DNA from: a virus
Lineage: Duplodnaviria; Heunggongvirae; Uroviricota; Caudoviricetes
Reading direction: 5' to 3' (one strand)
Virus record (IMG/VR): IMGVR_UViG_2778261692_000005
DNA: 37,344 nt
The position numbers and the translations under genes are program-made. Below, piece after piece: positions 9,002 through 18,219 of the stretch (position 1 is the stretch's first letter; each line of letters begins with the position of its first letter). The notes below the pieces were generated by a model that was not told the DNA's origin, searched no databases, and saw nothing but the letters and a program-made list of their open reading frames with translations.

Positions 9002-9490
9002 ATGATGATGATCTACGGCATGTTTGTTTTTGAGCTGCGCACGCTGCCGCATCAGCAGTTACAGCAAAACAAAAGCTGGCGGCATGTGAAAAATGAACGT
9101 GTTAACCGTTCAGCAAGCTGGCAGTATATCGGTGCAGGTGATGATCGCATCGTGCTTTCCGGCGTGCTTTATCCTGAAATTACAGGTGGCGAAGTGTCGC
9201 TTTCGTTGCTGACCACGCAGGCATATACAGGACGCCCCTGGCCTCTGATTGATGGTGTCGGGCAGATTTACGGCATGTATGTACTGACTGAAACGAATAC
9301 GACCCGTTCCGAGTTTGATCGCTACGGTAAGGCGAAAAAGATAGAATTTTCACTGACTCTTGAACGCTGTGATGAGGATTTGCGGGAGCGCCTGCAATCC
9401 TCATCGTTCAGTGATATGCTGTCCGGCTTCAAAGATAAGGTCACATCATCCCTTAACAGCGCGGCCAGCTCCGTTAAAGGGCTGTTTTGA
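9002..9490 (+). CDS. U: tail protein U
   Basis: Start at third ATG (MMMIYGMFVFELRT, RBS GAGGAG 8 nt upstream) matches the P2 gpU N-terminus MMMVLGMFVF. Confidence 0.85.
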   Translation: MMMIYGMFVFELRTLPHQQLQQNKSWRHVKNERVNRSASWQYIGAGDDRIVLSGVLYPEITGGEVSLSLLTTQAYTGRPWPLIDGVGQIYGMYVLTETNTTRSEFDRYGKAKKIEFSLTLERCDEDLRERLQSSSFSDMLSGFKDKVTSSLNSAASSVKGLF

Positions 9491-9498
9491 TTAACGCA

Positions 9499-9535
9499 AA
9501 ACCGCTAATGGTCAGATTAGCGGTTTTTATTTTCC
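9499..9535 (+). terminator. rho-independent terminator after U, overlapping the invertase 3' end
   Basis: Stem AAACCGCTAAT/ATTAGCGGTTT followed by TTTATTTT. Confidence 0.5.
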
Positions 9536-10116
9536 TGAGTCTGCCTGGTTGTTTCTTCAGCCTGTATATCGCCTACAGGGTGATAACGATAAATCGTCGA
9601 TACACCGATATCGTAAATAATTGCCAACTGTTTCCTGCTGTAGCCATTTTCGATCAACCTCGCTATTTGCTCATGTTGTTCTTTTGTCAACTTCGGGCGA
9701 CGTCCGCCAATGCGTCCCTGTTCGCGTGCAGCTGCCAGTCCAGCCAGGGTTCTCTCAACAATTAATTCACGTTCCATTTCGGCTAAAGCTCCCATGACGT
9801 GAAAAAAGAAACGCCCCATGGGTGTTGATGTGTCAATGCTGTCCGTCAGACTACGGAAATTAACACCTTTTTCCCGCAATTCCTCAATAAGCGTGATCAG
9901 GTGTTTCATACTCCTGCCCAGCCTGTCCAGCTTCCAGACAACCAGCGTATCTCCTTCTGATAGCGTTCTGAGCAGTTTTTTCAATCCCGGTCTGGCTGAT
10001 TTCGTTCCGCTGATTTTATCTTCAAAAATCAGTTCACATCCTGCGCACTCCAGCGCGTTACGCTGCAATTCCGTGTTCTGGTCATTTGTTGACACGCGTA
10101 CATAGCCAATAAGCAT
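9517..10116 (-). CDS. serine recombinase, DNA invertase of the Pin/Gin/Cin/Hin family
   Basis: MLIGYVRVSTNDQNT...LVVWKLDRLGRSMKHL...C-terminal HTH; near-identical in pattern to e14 Pin / Mu Gin; RBS GGGGGA 5 nt upstream of the chosen ATG. Confidence 0.9.
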   Translation of the reverse strand: MLIGYVRVSTNDQNTELQRNALECAGCELIFEDKISGTKSARPGLKKLLRTLSEGDTLVVWKLDRLGRSMKHLITLIEELREKGVNFRSLTDSIDTSTPMGRFFFHVMGALAEMERELIVERTLAGLAAAREQGRIGGRRPKLTKEQHEQIARLIENGYSRKQLAIIYDIGVSTIYRYHPVGDIQAEETTRQTQENKNR

Positions 10117-10171
10117 GAGCATCCCCCTGAATAAAAACCGGGGATGATGCCAGTTAGCCGTAATCTCTGCA

Positions 10172-10197
10172 TTTTCTTAAACGTTGGTTTGGGAGAA
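10172..10197. promoter_or_regulatory. left 26-bp crossover site of the invertible segment (hix/gix-like)
   Basis: TTTTCTTAAACG-TT-GGTTTGGGAGAA; its reverse complement shares TTCTCCCAAACCAA with the right site; half-site pattern resembles hix. Confidence 0.65.
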
Positions 10198-10650
10198 GGC
10201 TCTGCATTACCGGTTGGTGTGCCTGTTCCGTGGCCTTCAGCCACACCACCGACAGGCTGGCTGAAATGCAATGGTGCGGCTTTTTCTGCTGAACAATACC
10301 CGGAACTGGCAAAGGCTTATCCGACAAATAAATTGCCTGATTTACGCGGCGAATTCATTCGTGGCTGGGATGACGGGCGCGGAATTGATACCGGACGTGA
10401 GATGCTTTCATATCAGGAAGGCACTATCGTATCCGGGTTTGATGATAATGATACCGGAGATATCAGTTCACTCAGCTCTACACAATACGGATTTGGTGAC
10501 ACTTTAACCTCTAATCAATGGGCGTCCATAAGTGGCAAAAAGTGGATATTTGATGCATCCAACAAAGGTGCACAAAAATATGACTGGTGGGCTTATGTTT
10601 CAGCTCGCCCGCGCAATATTGCATTTAATTACATCGTGAGGGCCGCCTGA
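10185..10650 (+). CDS. silent alternative tail-fibre C-terminal cassette (H'); expressed only after inversion fuses it to the constant part of H
   Basis: Frame continuous through the crossover site (…NVGLGEGSALPVGVPVPW…); phage tail-collar-type motif PxGWLxCNG…YPxL…LPDLRG. Confidence 0.6.
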
Positions 10651-11252
10651 TGAATAAAGCTGTATTAAATAACGAACTCATTGCCATAAAAGCGGGAGAT
10701 ATTACCGTTTATAATTATGATGGTGAAACGAGGGAATATATTTCCACATCAACCGAATATCTTGCTGTCGGCGTCAGTATCCCGGCATGTTCTTGTCTGG
10801 GGGCACCTGGTACACATAAAACTGGTTATGCAATCTGCCGCTCTGTGGATTTAAATTCATGGGAATATGTACCAGACCATCGCGGTGAAATCGTCTATAG
10901 CACCGAAACGGGAGATGCCAAAGAAATCACATCTCCGGGTGATTACCCTGAAAATACAACCACTATCGCCCCGTTAACGCCATACGATAAATGGGATGGT
11001 GAGAAATGGGTGACGGATACCGAGGCACAGCATAGCGCCGCAGTAGAAGCGGCAGAAGCACAGCGCCAGTCGCTGATTGATGCTGCAATGGCTTCCATTA
11101 GTCTGATTCAGCTGAAATTACAGGCCGGGCGGAAACTGACGCAGGCAGAAACAACCCGGCTTAACGCTGTGCTGGATTACATTGACGCGGTGACGGCAAC
11201 AGATACGAGCACCGCGCCGGATATCAATTGGCCTGCTCCCCCGGAGGCGTAG
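10650..11252 (+). CDS. alternative tail-fibre assembly protein (Tfa')
   Basis: 200 aa, start overlaps the H' stop (TGATG); convergent with the active tfa. Confidence 0.65.
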   Translation: MNKAVLNNELIAIKAGDITVYNYDGETREYISTSTEYLAVGVSIPACSCLGAPGTHKTGYAICRSVDLNSWEYVPDHRGEIVYSTETGDAKEITSPGDYPENTTTIAPLTPYDKWDGEKWVTDTEAQHSAAVEAAEAQRQSLIDAAMASISLIQLKLQAGRKLTQAETTRLNAVLDYIDAVTATDTSTAPDINWPAPPEA

Positions 11253-11640
11253 GCCAGACGGGATTTGATGTATCAACGCGCATCAGCAAGACCCGGTATT
11301 TTTTCCATTCAGATAACGCGGCGGTTTCTTCTGCCGTCGCGATTTCCGCATCAAAAGCATCCTGTCTCCAGACTATTTCCTTATCAGCCATAGAACGCAA
11401 TACCGTTCTTTTCTGTTCAGCCTGAATAATCTGTTGTTCAGCGGAGAGTGGCGGGATATCAATCCACGCAGGATTACCATTTTTATCAGCCCCCAGCGTT
11501 TTGCCTTGTGGCGCTACGCCTGTGTAAATTGCCATTGTTTCATCATCAACATCAACGCCATTTTCAGGCCATGAACCGGCGCTGATATATACCTCTTTTA
11601 GTGCTTCCGGATAGAAAGAGCCTTTATAAAATTTATTCAT
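11224..11640 (-). CDS. tail-fibre assembly protein (gpG/Tfa family), currently expressed orientation
   Basis: Start at MNKFYKG immediately after the H stop; C-terminal region typical of the Tfa family. Confidence 0.75.
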   Translation of the reverse strand: MNKFYKGSFYPEALKEVYISAGSWPENGVDVDDETMAIYTGVAPQGKTLGADKNGNPAWIDIPPLSAEQQIIQAEQKRTVLRSMADKEIVWRQDAFDAEIATAEETAALSEWKKYRVLLMRVDTSNPVWPTPPGEQAN

Positions 11641-11642
11641 TC

Positions 11643-13244
11643 TTAATACCCCAGCGCGATAAAACAACAATCTTCGGTGCCCTTTCCGGATGGCGACCAG
11701 TTCTGGATACTGATATGCGTTCTGCTGGCAATACGCACATTCATCGCGGCATTGTAGCCAGATGTTCCACGGTTTCCGGTCGCAAACAAACCTGCATAGG
11801 GAAAAGCAAATGGTAAGGCATATCCAGCATCAACTCCCTTTTGTGTTGCCACCGTTCCCCACTGCAACATAAGTTTCACCGGGTTTCCTGTCGTCGCAAT
11901 GCATGGAATGTAGATGTAGCCATTACCTGACATCATTGACCTGAAGCTGTCTAAATCCAGTAACTTCGAGGCATTATCTGCTCCAACATCTCGTGTTGCG
12001 GCGGTCCCTAACTGGAGCGCATTTCGGAAGGCTGATACATCAGAAATATCAGCTCCATTAGCCGATTTCTGCATAGCTCCGGAGGCTTTATTTATCGTTT
12101 CTCCCAAACCAAGGTAATCAAGAACGCCCTGAGTGCTGGTTTTACCAAGAATGGCACGTCCAACACTTGTCAACGCGGTTAACGCGGCACGATCTGCCCC
12201 TGTAAAATATGGGAGTTTATCTGCTGATGTAGCAAGCTCCGCCAGCGCCGTCAGGGTGGCATCCTTCGGTTGCTTACCCGCAAGCGCGTTAGTCATGGTG
12301 GTCGCAAAATTCGGGTCATTGCCCAGCGCCGCAGCCAGTTCGTTCAGCGTGTTCAGTGCATCAGGTGACGAATCTACAAGTGCGGCAATCGCGGCCATAA
12401 CGAAAGCCGTGCTTGCGATCTGGGTACTATTAGTCCCCTGTGGCGCTGTTGGTGTTGTTGGCCTTCCGGTCAGTGCCGGGTTGTTTAATGGTGCTTTCTT
12501 GTTCGTTTCATCCATTACCGCCTTAACAGCTTTTGGTGTCGCTGCCAGCGTTTCAGACGTGCTGTTCGTGGCGCTACTGAGCTGAACAATCCCTTTTTGT
12601 GTAGTGGTGGCGTTCTGGGCGGTATATTTCCCGTTAGCCAGGTCATATGCAGCCTTAACCGCTTTCGGTGTTGCGGCCAGTGTTTCTGATTCACTGTTAA
12701 TTGCACTGCTTAACTGAGTAAAACCTTTTGCGGTCAGCGAGGCGTCCGGGTGACGTCGTGACTGTTCGTGCTCTGATATTTTATCATCCACATATTTGCG
12801 GGTTGCCAGAACCACTGACGGGTCGATTTTCAGCGTGATGGCTTCGGTGTTCGTGACAACCAGAATCATGCGGATAGTCTGGGTGCGTCCACTGCCTTCC
12901 TGTAACTGCGGTTTGTACGTTTCCGGGCAGTTTGCCACCGCAATGAGTACACCTTCATCATCATAAAGACCAATCTCACGGATCCAGAATCCTCCCTCGT
13001 TTTCAGGGATGATTTGCTCCGCAATAATCTGGCTCTGATTGTTAGGGTCAACACTCAGAAGATTCAGCGGTGCAATGCGTTTCTGGTTAATCAGTTTTGT
13101 TTGTGCAGGGTCTGGTGTTGGTAACACACCATTTGCATCACCAACGGCCATTTGCGTCAGATTCAGCTTACTGCCGAGCATCGTCGCGTTAGCCAGTCGT
13201 GCCGCGCCCTGATTAGTCAGAATGGCGTAGTATTTCACTGTCAT
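11643..13244 (-). CDS. H: tail fibre protein H (constant N-terminal part plus currently fused variable C-terminus)
   Basis: 533 aa; long stretches match P2 gpH (…DDKISEHEQSRRHPDASLTAKGFTQLSSA…TSETLAATPKAVK…ALVDSSPDALNTLNELAAALGNDPNF…). Confidence 0.9.
   Translation of the reverse strand: MTVKYYAILTNQGAARLANATMLGSKLNLTQMAVGDANGVLPTPDPAQTKLINQKRIAPLNLLSVDPNNQSQIIAEQIIPENEGGFWIREIGLYDDEGVLIAVANCPETYKPQLQEGSGRTQTIRMILVVTNTEAITLKIDPSVVLATRKYVDDKISEHEQSRRHPDASLTAKGFTQLSSAINSESETLAATPKAVKAAYDLANGKYTAQNATTTQKGIVQLSSATNSTSETLAATPKAVKAVMDETNKKAPLNNPALTGRPTTPTAPQGTNSTQIASTAFVMAAIAALVDSSPDALNTLNELAAALGNDPNFATTMTNALAGKQPKDATLTALAELATSADKLPYFTGADRAALTALTSVGRAILGKTSTQGVLDYLGLGETINKASGAMQKSANGADISDVSAFRNALQLGTAATRDVGADNASKLLDLDSFRSMMSGNGYIYIPCIATTGNPVKLMLQWGTVATQKGVDAGYALPFAFPYAGLFATGNRGTSGYNAAMNVRIASRTHISIQNWSPSGKGTEDCCFIALGY
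12099..12124. promoter_or_regulatory. right 26-bp crossover site of the invertible segment, inside gene H
   Basis: TTCTCCCAAACC-AA-GGTAATCAAGAA, inverted relative to the left site. Confidence 0.65.
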
Positions 13245-13849
13245 GCGTTTACTCTCAGATTATCAATTAAATGAATGGCCGGGGCAGGAAAATAATCCCC
13301 TTCGACAATAATGGACTCCGGGGTGTAGGGATAAACCGTCAGGGCATCGCCGTGATAGCATCCCGTACCAACGAAAATCTTTCCGTTCACACTCAGGCTG
13401 ATCGCCAGCCCCGTCAGATGGCGACTTACTGGTTTTGCATCCGCAATAAGGCGCTCAAGTTCCTGATACATTTCATCGGTGATGCCCTGATCAAGTACTC
13501 CGACAACAATGCGAAATGTTCCTGGCTCCTCGTTGAGTTGCCACCACTCCTTTACTTCAATCAGGTAGCCGAGAGGCTCCACGGCTCTTCGCAGTGCGCT
13601 GATGGTCCCTTTGTGTCGGTGTATCAGCCATGCATCACGAATCACCTGTCGCTTTGTCTCTTCCGGCCAGTTGCGATCCCAGCGGTCAACGGAAAACGCC
13701 CAGGCGAGATAAGGCAGCAGATGCACCGGGCAGGTGTCCGGCGACCACAGCGTGTTGAGGTCTACCGGAATGTCTGTAATGCGTGTTCCGACGGCTTCGG
13801 CACAACGCATGAAATTGCTGGCTGATGGCGGTAACAGTGAATTACTCAT
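13241..13849 (-). CDS. I: baseplate protein I
   Basis: Start at MSNSLLPP; …WSPDTCPVHLLPYLAWAFSVDRWD… matches the P2 gpI motif. Confidence 0.85.
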   Translation of the reverse strand: MSNSLLPPSASNFMRCAEAVGTRITDIPVDLNTLWSPDTCPVHLLPYLAWAFSVDRWDRNWPEETKRQVIRDAWLIHRHKGTISALRRAVEPLGYLIEVKEWWQLNEEPGTFRIVVGVLDQGITDEMYQELERLIADAKPVSRHLTGLAISLSVNGKIFVGTGCYHGDALTVYPYTPESIIVEGDYFPAPAIHLIDNLRVNA

Positions 13850-14738
13850 TACGCCCACCTTCGCTGATGGTGAATGACTCACAACGCGCCGCCTGTATGT
13901 CGCTGATGGCCATATTCTGTGTGGGTTCGATTATTTCCACGCGTTGCACGCCGTGTACATGAAGTGCGGCAGCAATGGCGGACAACGCCACGTCCTGACC
14001 GATAAGCCCCTGTTCAGCCAGCCACTTCCTGAATGACGATTCCGCCGCGGCCAGAATAGGTTCGGATTCCGGACCGGGGTAAAAGTACAGTTTTGCATTC
14101 AGCCGCCATGTCACGATGCTGGCGCTCTGTACGGTCAGGCGGTCGGCCACCGGGCGGGTATCCTCTGCATTCAGAACGGCGCGAACGGTATTAAGCAACG
14201 CCTCCGTTGCTGTGCCGTCGCCTTCAGTGGACAGGATGGAAACCGTCACATTTGCCGGAGACGGACTGATAGCCCGCGCATCACGCACCAGACCGCTGGC
14301 GCTGCGGGCAAAATACTCGTATGCACCTGACGGGCCAGCAACACTCAGGCCGTCGTACGCCCGTTGCGCCCGCAGTCTCAGCGAGGTGTCGCTTTCCATC
14401 ACCGCGTCGGTGGTATCCGTTGCCGGAGTGATAACCAGGCGCTTTGTGTTCATATTGCCTGCGAGGTTGTCCAGGTCTGTCCCGGCGCTGTGGCTTAACA
14501 TGCAGGCGCGTGCACCCTCATTGACCCGCTGGCGTAACAGCATTTCACGAAACGACATGGTTTGAGCGATAACGTTAAGGGGTTCCGATTCCAGCTCCAG
14601 CGCGGCGGAGACGGCTTCACGCTGTTCGGCAGGATAGGACGCAATCATCATGGCCTTTGTGTCAGCCAGAATTGCCTCAAAGTCAGGCTCCGCGATGATG
14701 GCGGGTTCCGGTAACTGTGAAAGGTCAACGGCGGGCAT
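13842..14738 (-). CDS. J: baseplate assembly protein J
   Basis: 298 aa recognised as the gpJ family; overlaps neighbours in operon fashion. Confidence 0.88.
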   Translation of the reverse strand: MPAVDLSQLPEPAIIAEPDFEAILADTKAMMIASYPAEQREAVSAALELESEPLNVIAQTMSFREMLLRQRVNEGARACMLSHSAGTDLDNLAGNMNTKRLVITPATDTTDAVMESDTSLRLRAQRAYDGLSVAGPSGAYEYFARSASGLVRDARAISPSPANVTVSILSTEGDGTATEALLNTVRAVLNAEDTRPVADRLTVQSASIVTWRLNAKLYFYPGPESEPILAAAESSFRKWLAEQGLIGQDVALSAIAAALHVHGVQRVEIIEPTQNMAISDIQAARCESFTISEGGRNE

Positions 14739-14741
14739 GAT

Positions 14742-15092
14742 TTACTCCCTCAGCGTGATGGTTAATTCAACATTCTGCATGGTCTGCATGACAGTGCCCG
14801 ACAGCGTCACCCCGGCGCGGCCTCCCGCTTTCCAGACAACGTCGATGGCATCCAGGGCAATGCGGGGTTCCCATCGTGTCAGCGCAATCACGGCAGCACT
14901 CATGCATTGCAGACGCGTGGTGTTATTCATGGGTTCGTCAATCAAATCAGGCACAAGGCTGCCATATTCCCGTCGCATAACCCGGCTTGCCAGCGGGGTG
15001 GTCAGGATGTCCCTGACTGACTGTTTCAGGTGCTCCATATCGTTCAGGTTTCCCGTTCCGTCCGGGTTCATTCCTGTGTAGCGGGTTGTCAC
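14742..15092 (-). CDS. W: baseplate wedge protein W (GPW/gp25 family)
   Basis: 116 aa, characteristic size and sequence of gpW. Confidence 0.85.
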   Translation of the reverse strand: MTTRYTGMNPDGTGNLNDMEHLKQSVRDILTTPLASRVMRREYGSLVPDLIDEPMNNTTRLQCMSAAVIALTRWEPRIALDAIDVVWKAGGRAGVTLSGTVMQTMQNVELTITLRE

Positions 15093-15670
15093 TGCGGGCC
15101 TCCTGTCGAATCGCTGCCACCTTTCACGCCACCGTGTTTATGCGTATGCACGGTAATGCCGTTTGAGGTGAAATTGCCGCCGCTGTGCGTGATATTGCCG
15201 CTCATCTTTCCCCCTTTTGTGACGTCAAGCGTCGCCGTTCTCAGAAGGTCTGTGCATTCCACGACGGGCGTGTCCAGTGTCACGCTGACGGATGCCTGTA
15301 AAGTGGCCGTTTTCATGCCGCTGGCGCTCAGTGCGCCTGCGTCCGCGTCGTAGCGGAACACCGCGCCGTCCGGCGCGCTGATCACGATTTCTTTCAGGCT
15401 TTTGCCGGGGGCCGGATTGGCATCACTCCACAGGCTGCCAATTATCATGGCGGTTTCCGGGTTGCCGCCAATGCAGGCAATTACCACCTGTTCGCCTGGT
15501 GATGGCGGCAGCCACACATTGAAGGCTCCCGCGCGCGTGGTGTTCCAGCGCAGCCAGCCTGTTTCCAGTTCGCCGCTGCGAACGCGCACGCGCCAGGACT
15601 TCTCATCAACTTCAGAGATGATCCCGGTGCGGATGATATTGCTCAGCAGTCGCATGAGTTCTGCGCTCAC
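15089..15670 (-). CDS. V: baseplate spike/assembly protein V
   Basis: 193 aa, OB-fold N-terminus and Gly-rich C-terminal tip typical of gpV. Confidence 0.85.
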   Translation of the reverse strand: MSAELMRLLSNIIRTGIISEVDEKSWRVRVRSGELETGWLRWNTTRAGAFNVWLPPSPGEQVVIACIGGNPETAMIIGSLWSDANPAPGKSLKEIVISAPDGAVFRYDADAGALSASGMKTATLQASVSVTLDTPVVECTDLLRTATLDVTKGGKMSGNITHSGGNFTSNGITVHTHKHGGVKGGSDSTGGPQ

Positions 15671-16311
15671 CGTACAGCCTCCGCAATCCGGCCCAGCACC
15701 GTGTTATAAATCAGGCGTTCATCTGCCTGGCTGATACCCAGCAGCTCACGTACCGGGTAATCGGTGAAAATGCCCGGCGCAACCTGATCGCGCTCACCGA
15801 ACTGATGAACGCGTGCAATACGTGCGGCCACGCCGCTGTAACCCACCGTCACACCGGAAGCATCTGCACGGGCTTTCAGGTAGCGGGCGGTGCGCAGTTT
15901 TACGAACATGGGGACGCGCTTTGTGCTGTCCTGGTTGATGCGCCGGGTGCGTATTTCCAGAAAGCGGTCGATGTCATCCCGGTAAAACGTGCGGATGCTG
16001 TTTTTATCCTCATCCCACCCGGTGATGGTTCGCCCGTATTTCCCCGTGTCGTGATGCCAGTTTTTCAGCGTGCGTGCTTCGTTATTCCAGATAAAGCGAA
16101 TGCGCTCCTGTATCCTGGTTACGCGGCGTCTGCGTGGTGTCCATGCAGTCCCGTCCGGCGCTTTCTGTGACCGGATACGTGCCTGCTGGGCGCGACGTAA
16201 ATCCTGTGCCAGCTTTCTGGCGATGTTATTGATGGCCTGCTGATTCAGGCTGTCGCGGATAGCCTCAAAGGTTTCATCCACGCGGGTGAATGCCTTATCC
16301 ATCGCTTTCAC
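15667..16311 (-). CDS. S: virion morphogenesis / tail completion protein (gpS-like)
   Basis: 214 aa basic protein at the S position between R and V. Confidence 0.65.
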   Translation of the reverse strand: MKAMDKAFTRVDETFEAIRDSLNQQAINNIARKLAQDLRRAQQARIRSQKAPDGTAWTPRRRRVTRIQERIRFIWNNEARTLKNWHHDTGKYGRTITGWDEDKNSIRTFYRDDIDRFLEIRTRRINQDSTKRVPMFVKLRTARYLKARADASGVTVGYSGVAARIARVHQFGERDQVAPGIFTDYPVRELLGISQADERLIYNTVLGRIAEAVR

Positions 16312-16762
16312 CCCACGTCACATCCTGGAATACATGCGACCAGTCGCCTTCGGAAGAGGGCAGACGGGGTTTTGGCTCCGGCAGGTGTTCTGCCTGCGGT
16401 GTCCCCTGACTGCTGCGCGTGATGCGAACGCGTTCCCGCAGAGGGAGCGTAAACAGGAGATCGGCGCTGTCATCGTCATTGATAACGGCGGAGAATTTGA
16501 TGTCCTGATTACGCTCCGGATTGAGCAACAATTGCGGCTGATTTTCGGATAACCACGCCAGTAGCGGCAGCGTGAGGTCGTCCAGCTCCCCGGCGTAATC
16601 CATGACAAACATCACCATCTGATAGCGGTAAACAAACGAGGGCGTTTCTCCGGTCGTTTCAATGTTGCCGCTCTCCACGAAAATGGTGAATTTTTCCGGG
16701 TTGGCCTGACACCATCGGCATGAACGGGTCATGGCTTCACGCAGGGAATCAGTTTTCAGCAT
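16295..16762 (-). CDS. R: tail completion protein (gpR-like)
   Basis: 155 aa (same length as P2 gpR), RBS GAGGA; located after the lysis cassette. Confidence 0.7.
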   Translation of the reverse strand: MLKTDSLREAMTRSCRWCQANPEKFTIFVESGNIETTGETPSFVYRYQMVMFVMDYAGELDDLTLPLLAWLSENQPQLLLNPERNQDIKFSAVINDDDSADLLFTLPLRERVRITRSSQGTPQAEHLPEPKPRLPSSEGDWSHVFQDVTWGESDG

Positions 16763-17039
16763 GGTTGTTGTCCTCGTTGTTCAGTCGTTGCAGCCTGCGC
16801 TGTTCCAGTAATTCAATGGCCCGTTTATCCGCGTTACAGGTTTCCAGTGCATCCAGAAGGCGGTCGCCCCATATACCGAGATTTCCCCATGTGGGAGGGT
16901 CAGGGAAGGGGGGCGGCGTTACCGGAATGGTCAGCGTCTGCGGTATAAGCCGGACTGACGGCGCTGGCAGTGGCGCGTTCTGCGTGCCTGCGCAGCCTGT
17001 CAGTAAAACGAGCGTCAGGCAAAGCGTGGGCGCATTCAT
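16749..17039 (-). CDS. o-spanin (Rz1/LysC-like outer-membrane lipoprotein)
   Basis: MNAPTLCLTLVLLTGC lipobox signal peptide, Pro-rich mature region, embedded out of frame in the 3' part of the i-spanin gene. Confidence 0.6.
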   Translation of the reverse strand: MNAPTLCLTLVLLTGCAGTQNAPLPAPSVRLIPQTLTIPVTPPPFPDPPTWGNLGIWGDRLLDALETCNADKRAIELLEQRRLQRLNNEDNNHAEN

Positions 17040-17307
17040 CTTTTGCAATATCGTTGCGTAGCTGTTCACGTCTTACCTCTCCGTCCTGATTGCGTTGCTG
17101 ATTTTCCACGCGGAGTTGCGCCAGCACCTGCTGCATATCCTGTACCCCGGCGCTGATGATATTCAGGGTGTCGGCGGTACTTTTCAGGGTGCTGGCCTGC
17201 GCTTCGTTTCTGGCGTTCTCCCGGCCCAGCGACCACGACAGACGCATGGATGTTCCCCATCCGGCAATCAGAAGGAAAGCGACGCCAAGCGTGGGCCAGA
17301 GCTTCAT
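16900..17307 (-). CDS. i-spanin (Rz/LysB-like)
   Basis: Internal start MKLWPTLGVAFLLIAGWG (N-terminal TM helix) overlapping the endolysin stop (ATGA); coiled-coil periplasmic domain. Confidence 0.65.
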   Translation of the reverse strand: MKLWPTLGVAFLLIAGWGTSMRLSWSLGRENARNEAQASTLKSTADTLNIISAGVQDMQQVLAQLRVENQQRNQDGEVRREQLRNDIAKDECAHALPDARFTDRLRRHAERATASAVSPAYTADADHSGNAAPLP

Positions 17308-17696
17308 GCCGGATAGGCTCCGTGTGGTAACTGAAAATGCGGTCCGTCTTTCAGGGTCTTCCAGTCGCCGCCCCATTCCACCGGAATATTCAGCTCCCGG
17401 CTGGCCTGTCTGAATGCTGCTGCGATTTTTTCGTACAGCGGCCATTCCCATGACACCTGGCTGCCGACATAAGCCACAACATCCACGGCATGCCCCGTAA
17501 GGTGGCGGCTGTTCATGGTCTGGCTCTTACCTGTGGCCACAAGTTGCTTCTGGCGGTAACGGCTGCGCAACCCTTCGGTGATACCAAAATCCACTTCCGA
17601 GATTTCCAGTGCCCGTCGGGTCACTTTCACCAGATCAGGATTTACGCCCTGCAAATTCTTTTCGCTCCGGCTGCTGAATTTAAATGTGTTGCTCAT
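17304..17696 (-). CDS. endolysin, peptidase M15 family (L-alanyl-D-glutamate / D-Ala-D-Ala peptidase type)
   Basis: 130 aa with H-x-x-G-x-A-V-D and WGGDW motifs typical of M15 zinc peptidase endolysins; RBS AAGGAG; start overlaps holin stop. Confidence 0.8.
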   Translation of the reverse strand: MSNTFKFSSRSEKNLQGVNPDLVKVTRRALEISEVDFGITEGLRSRYRQKQLVATGKSQTMNSRHLTGHAVDVVAYVGSQVSWEWPLYEKIAAAFRQASRELNIPVEWGGDWKTLKDGPHFQLPHGAYPA

Positions 17697-18016
17697 TCGT
17701 CCTTCTCCTTCACCCTGCGATTAAAGGCCGCAATAACCTTGTCGCGTGCTTTCTCTGCGCCCATAAAACCGATTGATGCGCCGATAAACGTCACGGCATC
17801 TTCAGGAAACCCGAAGAAGCGCAACGACCCGGCCACGGCCATGGCAAGAACGCCGCACGCCAGCGATCCCGTTACGGTCTGAACCAGTGTTCGTCCGTCA
17901 TAAAGACTCATCAGCGCGGAAATGCTGACTGCCGCGCCTACTGCATACACCGTTGGCAGGTGGTCAAAGAGCCACGCAATAACCTGCTCTGTGATCCCTG
18001 TTTGAATGGTGCTCAC
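17693..18016 (-). CDS. holin (probable GTG start)
   Basis: About 107 aa from GTG with RBS GGGGGAG; two or three TM segments and charged C-terminus (RRVKEKDE); directly upstream of the endolysin. Confidence 0.55.
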   Translation of the reverse strand: MSTIQTGITEQVIAWLFDHLPTVYAVGAAVSISALMSLYDGRTLVQTVTGSLACGVLAMAVAGSLRFFGFPEDAVTFIGASIGFMGAEKARDKVIAAFNRRVKEKDE

Positions 18017-18018
18017 TG

Positions 18019-18219
18019 CTACTCCCCCCACAACTGAATCATTTCTCGTTTCTTCTTCTCCGGCTCCGGCATCTCCACGTCCTGCCCGGCGTCCAGAAAT
18101 ACCTGCTGACAGAGTCCGGGGTTGGCATCCAGCACCTTTTCGGTGACGCCCTGCGTCGTGCCGTAGTACCGGAAACAGAGCGAATCCACGGTGTCGCCTT
18201 CCAGTGCCTTCACTTTCAT
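18019..18219 (-). CDS. X: tail protein X
   Basis: MKVKALEGDTVDSLCFRYYG… matches P2 gpX (MKTFALQGDTLDAICVRYYG…). Confidence 0.82.
   Translation of the reverse strand: MKVKALEGDTVDSLCFRYYGTTQGVTEKVLDANPGLCQQVFLDAGQDVEMPEPEKKKREMIQLWGE

Larger units (their letters stand above)
10185..12111. other. invertible tail-fibre segment (~1.9 kb) carrying two alternative fibre C-termini and two tail-fibre assembly genes
   Basis: Bounded by inverted 26-bp sites, adjacent to the invertase; both sites fall at a conserved LGLGE codon stretch. Confidence 0.65.

Noticed and set aside
16900-17451. N-terminal 48 codons of the 183-aa track ORF (upstream of the chosen i-spanin start)
   Set aside because: This part overlaps the endolysin in another frame; the internal ATG with RBS and ATGA coupling gives a canonical Rz-type protein.
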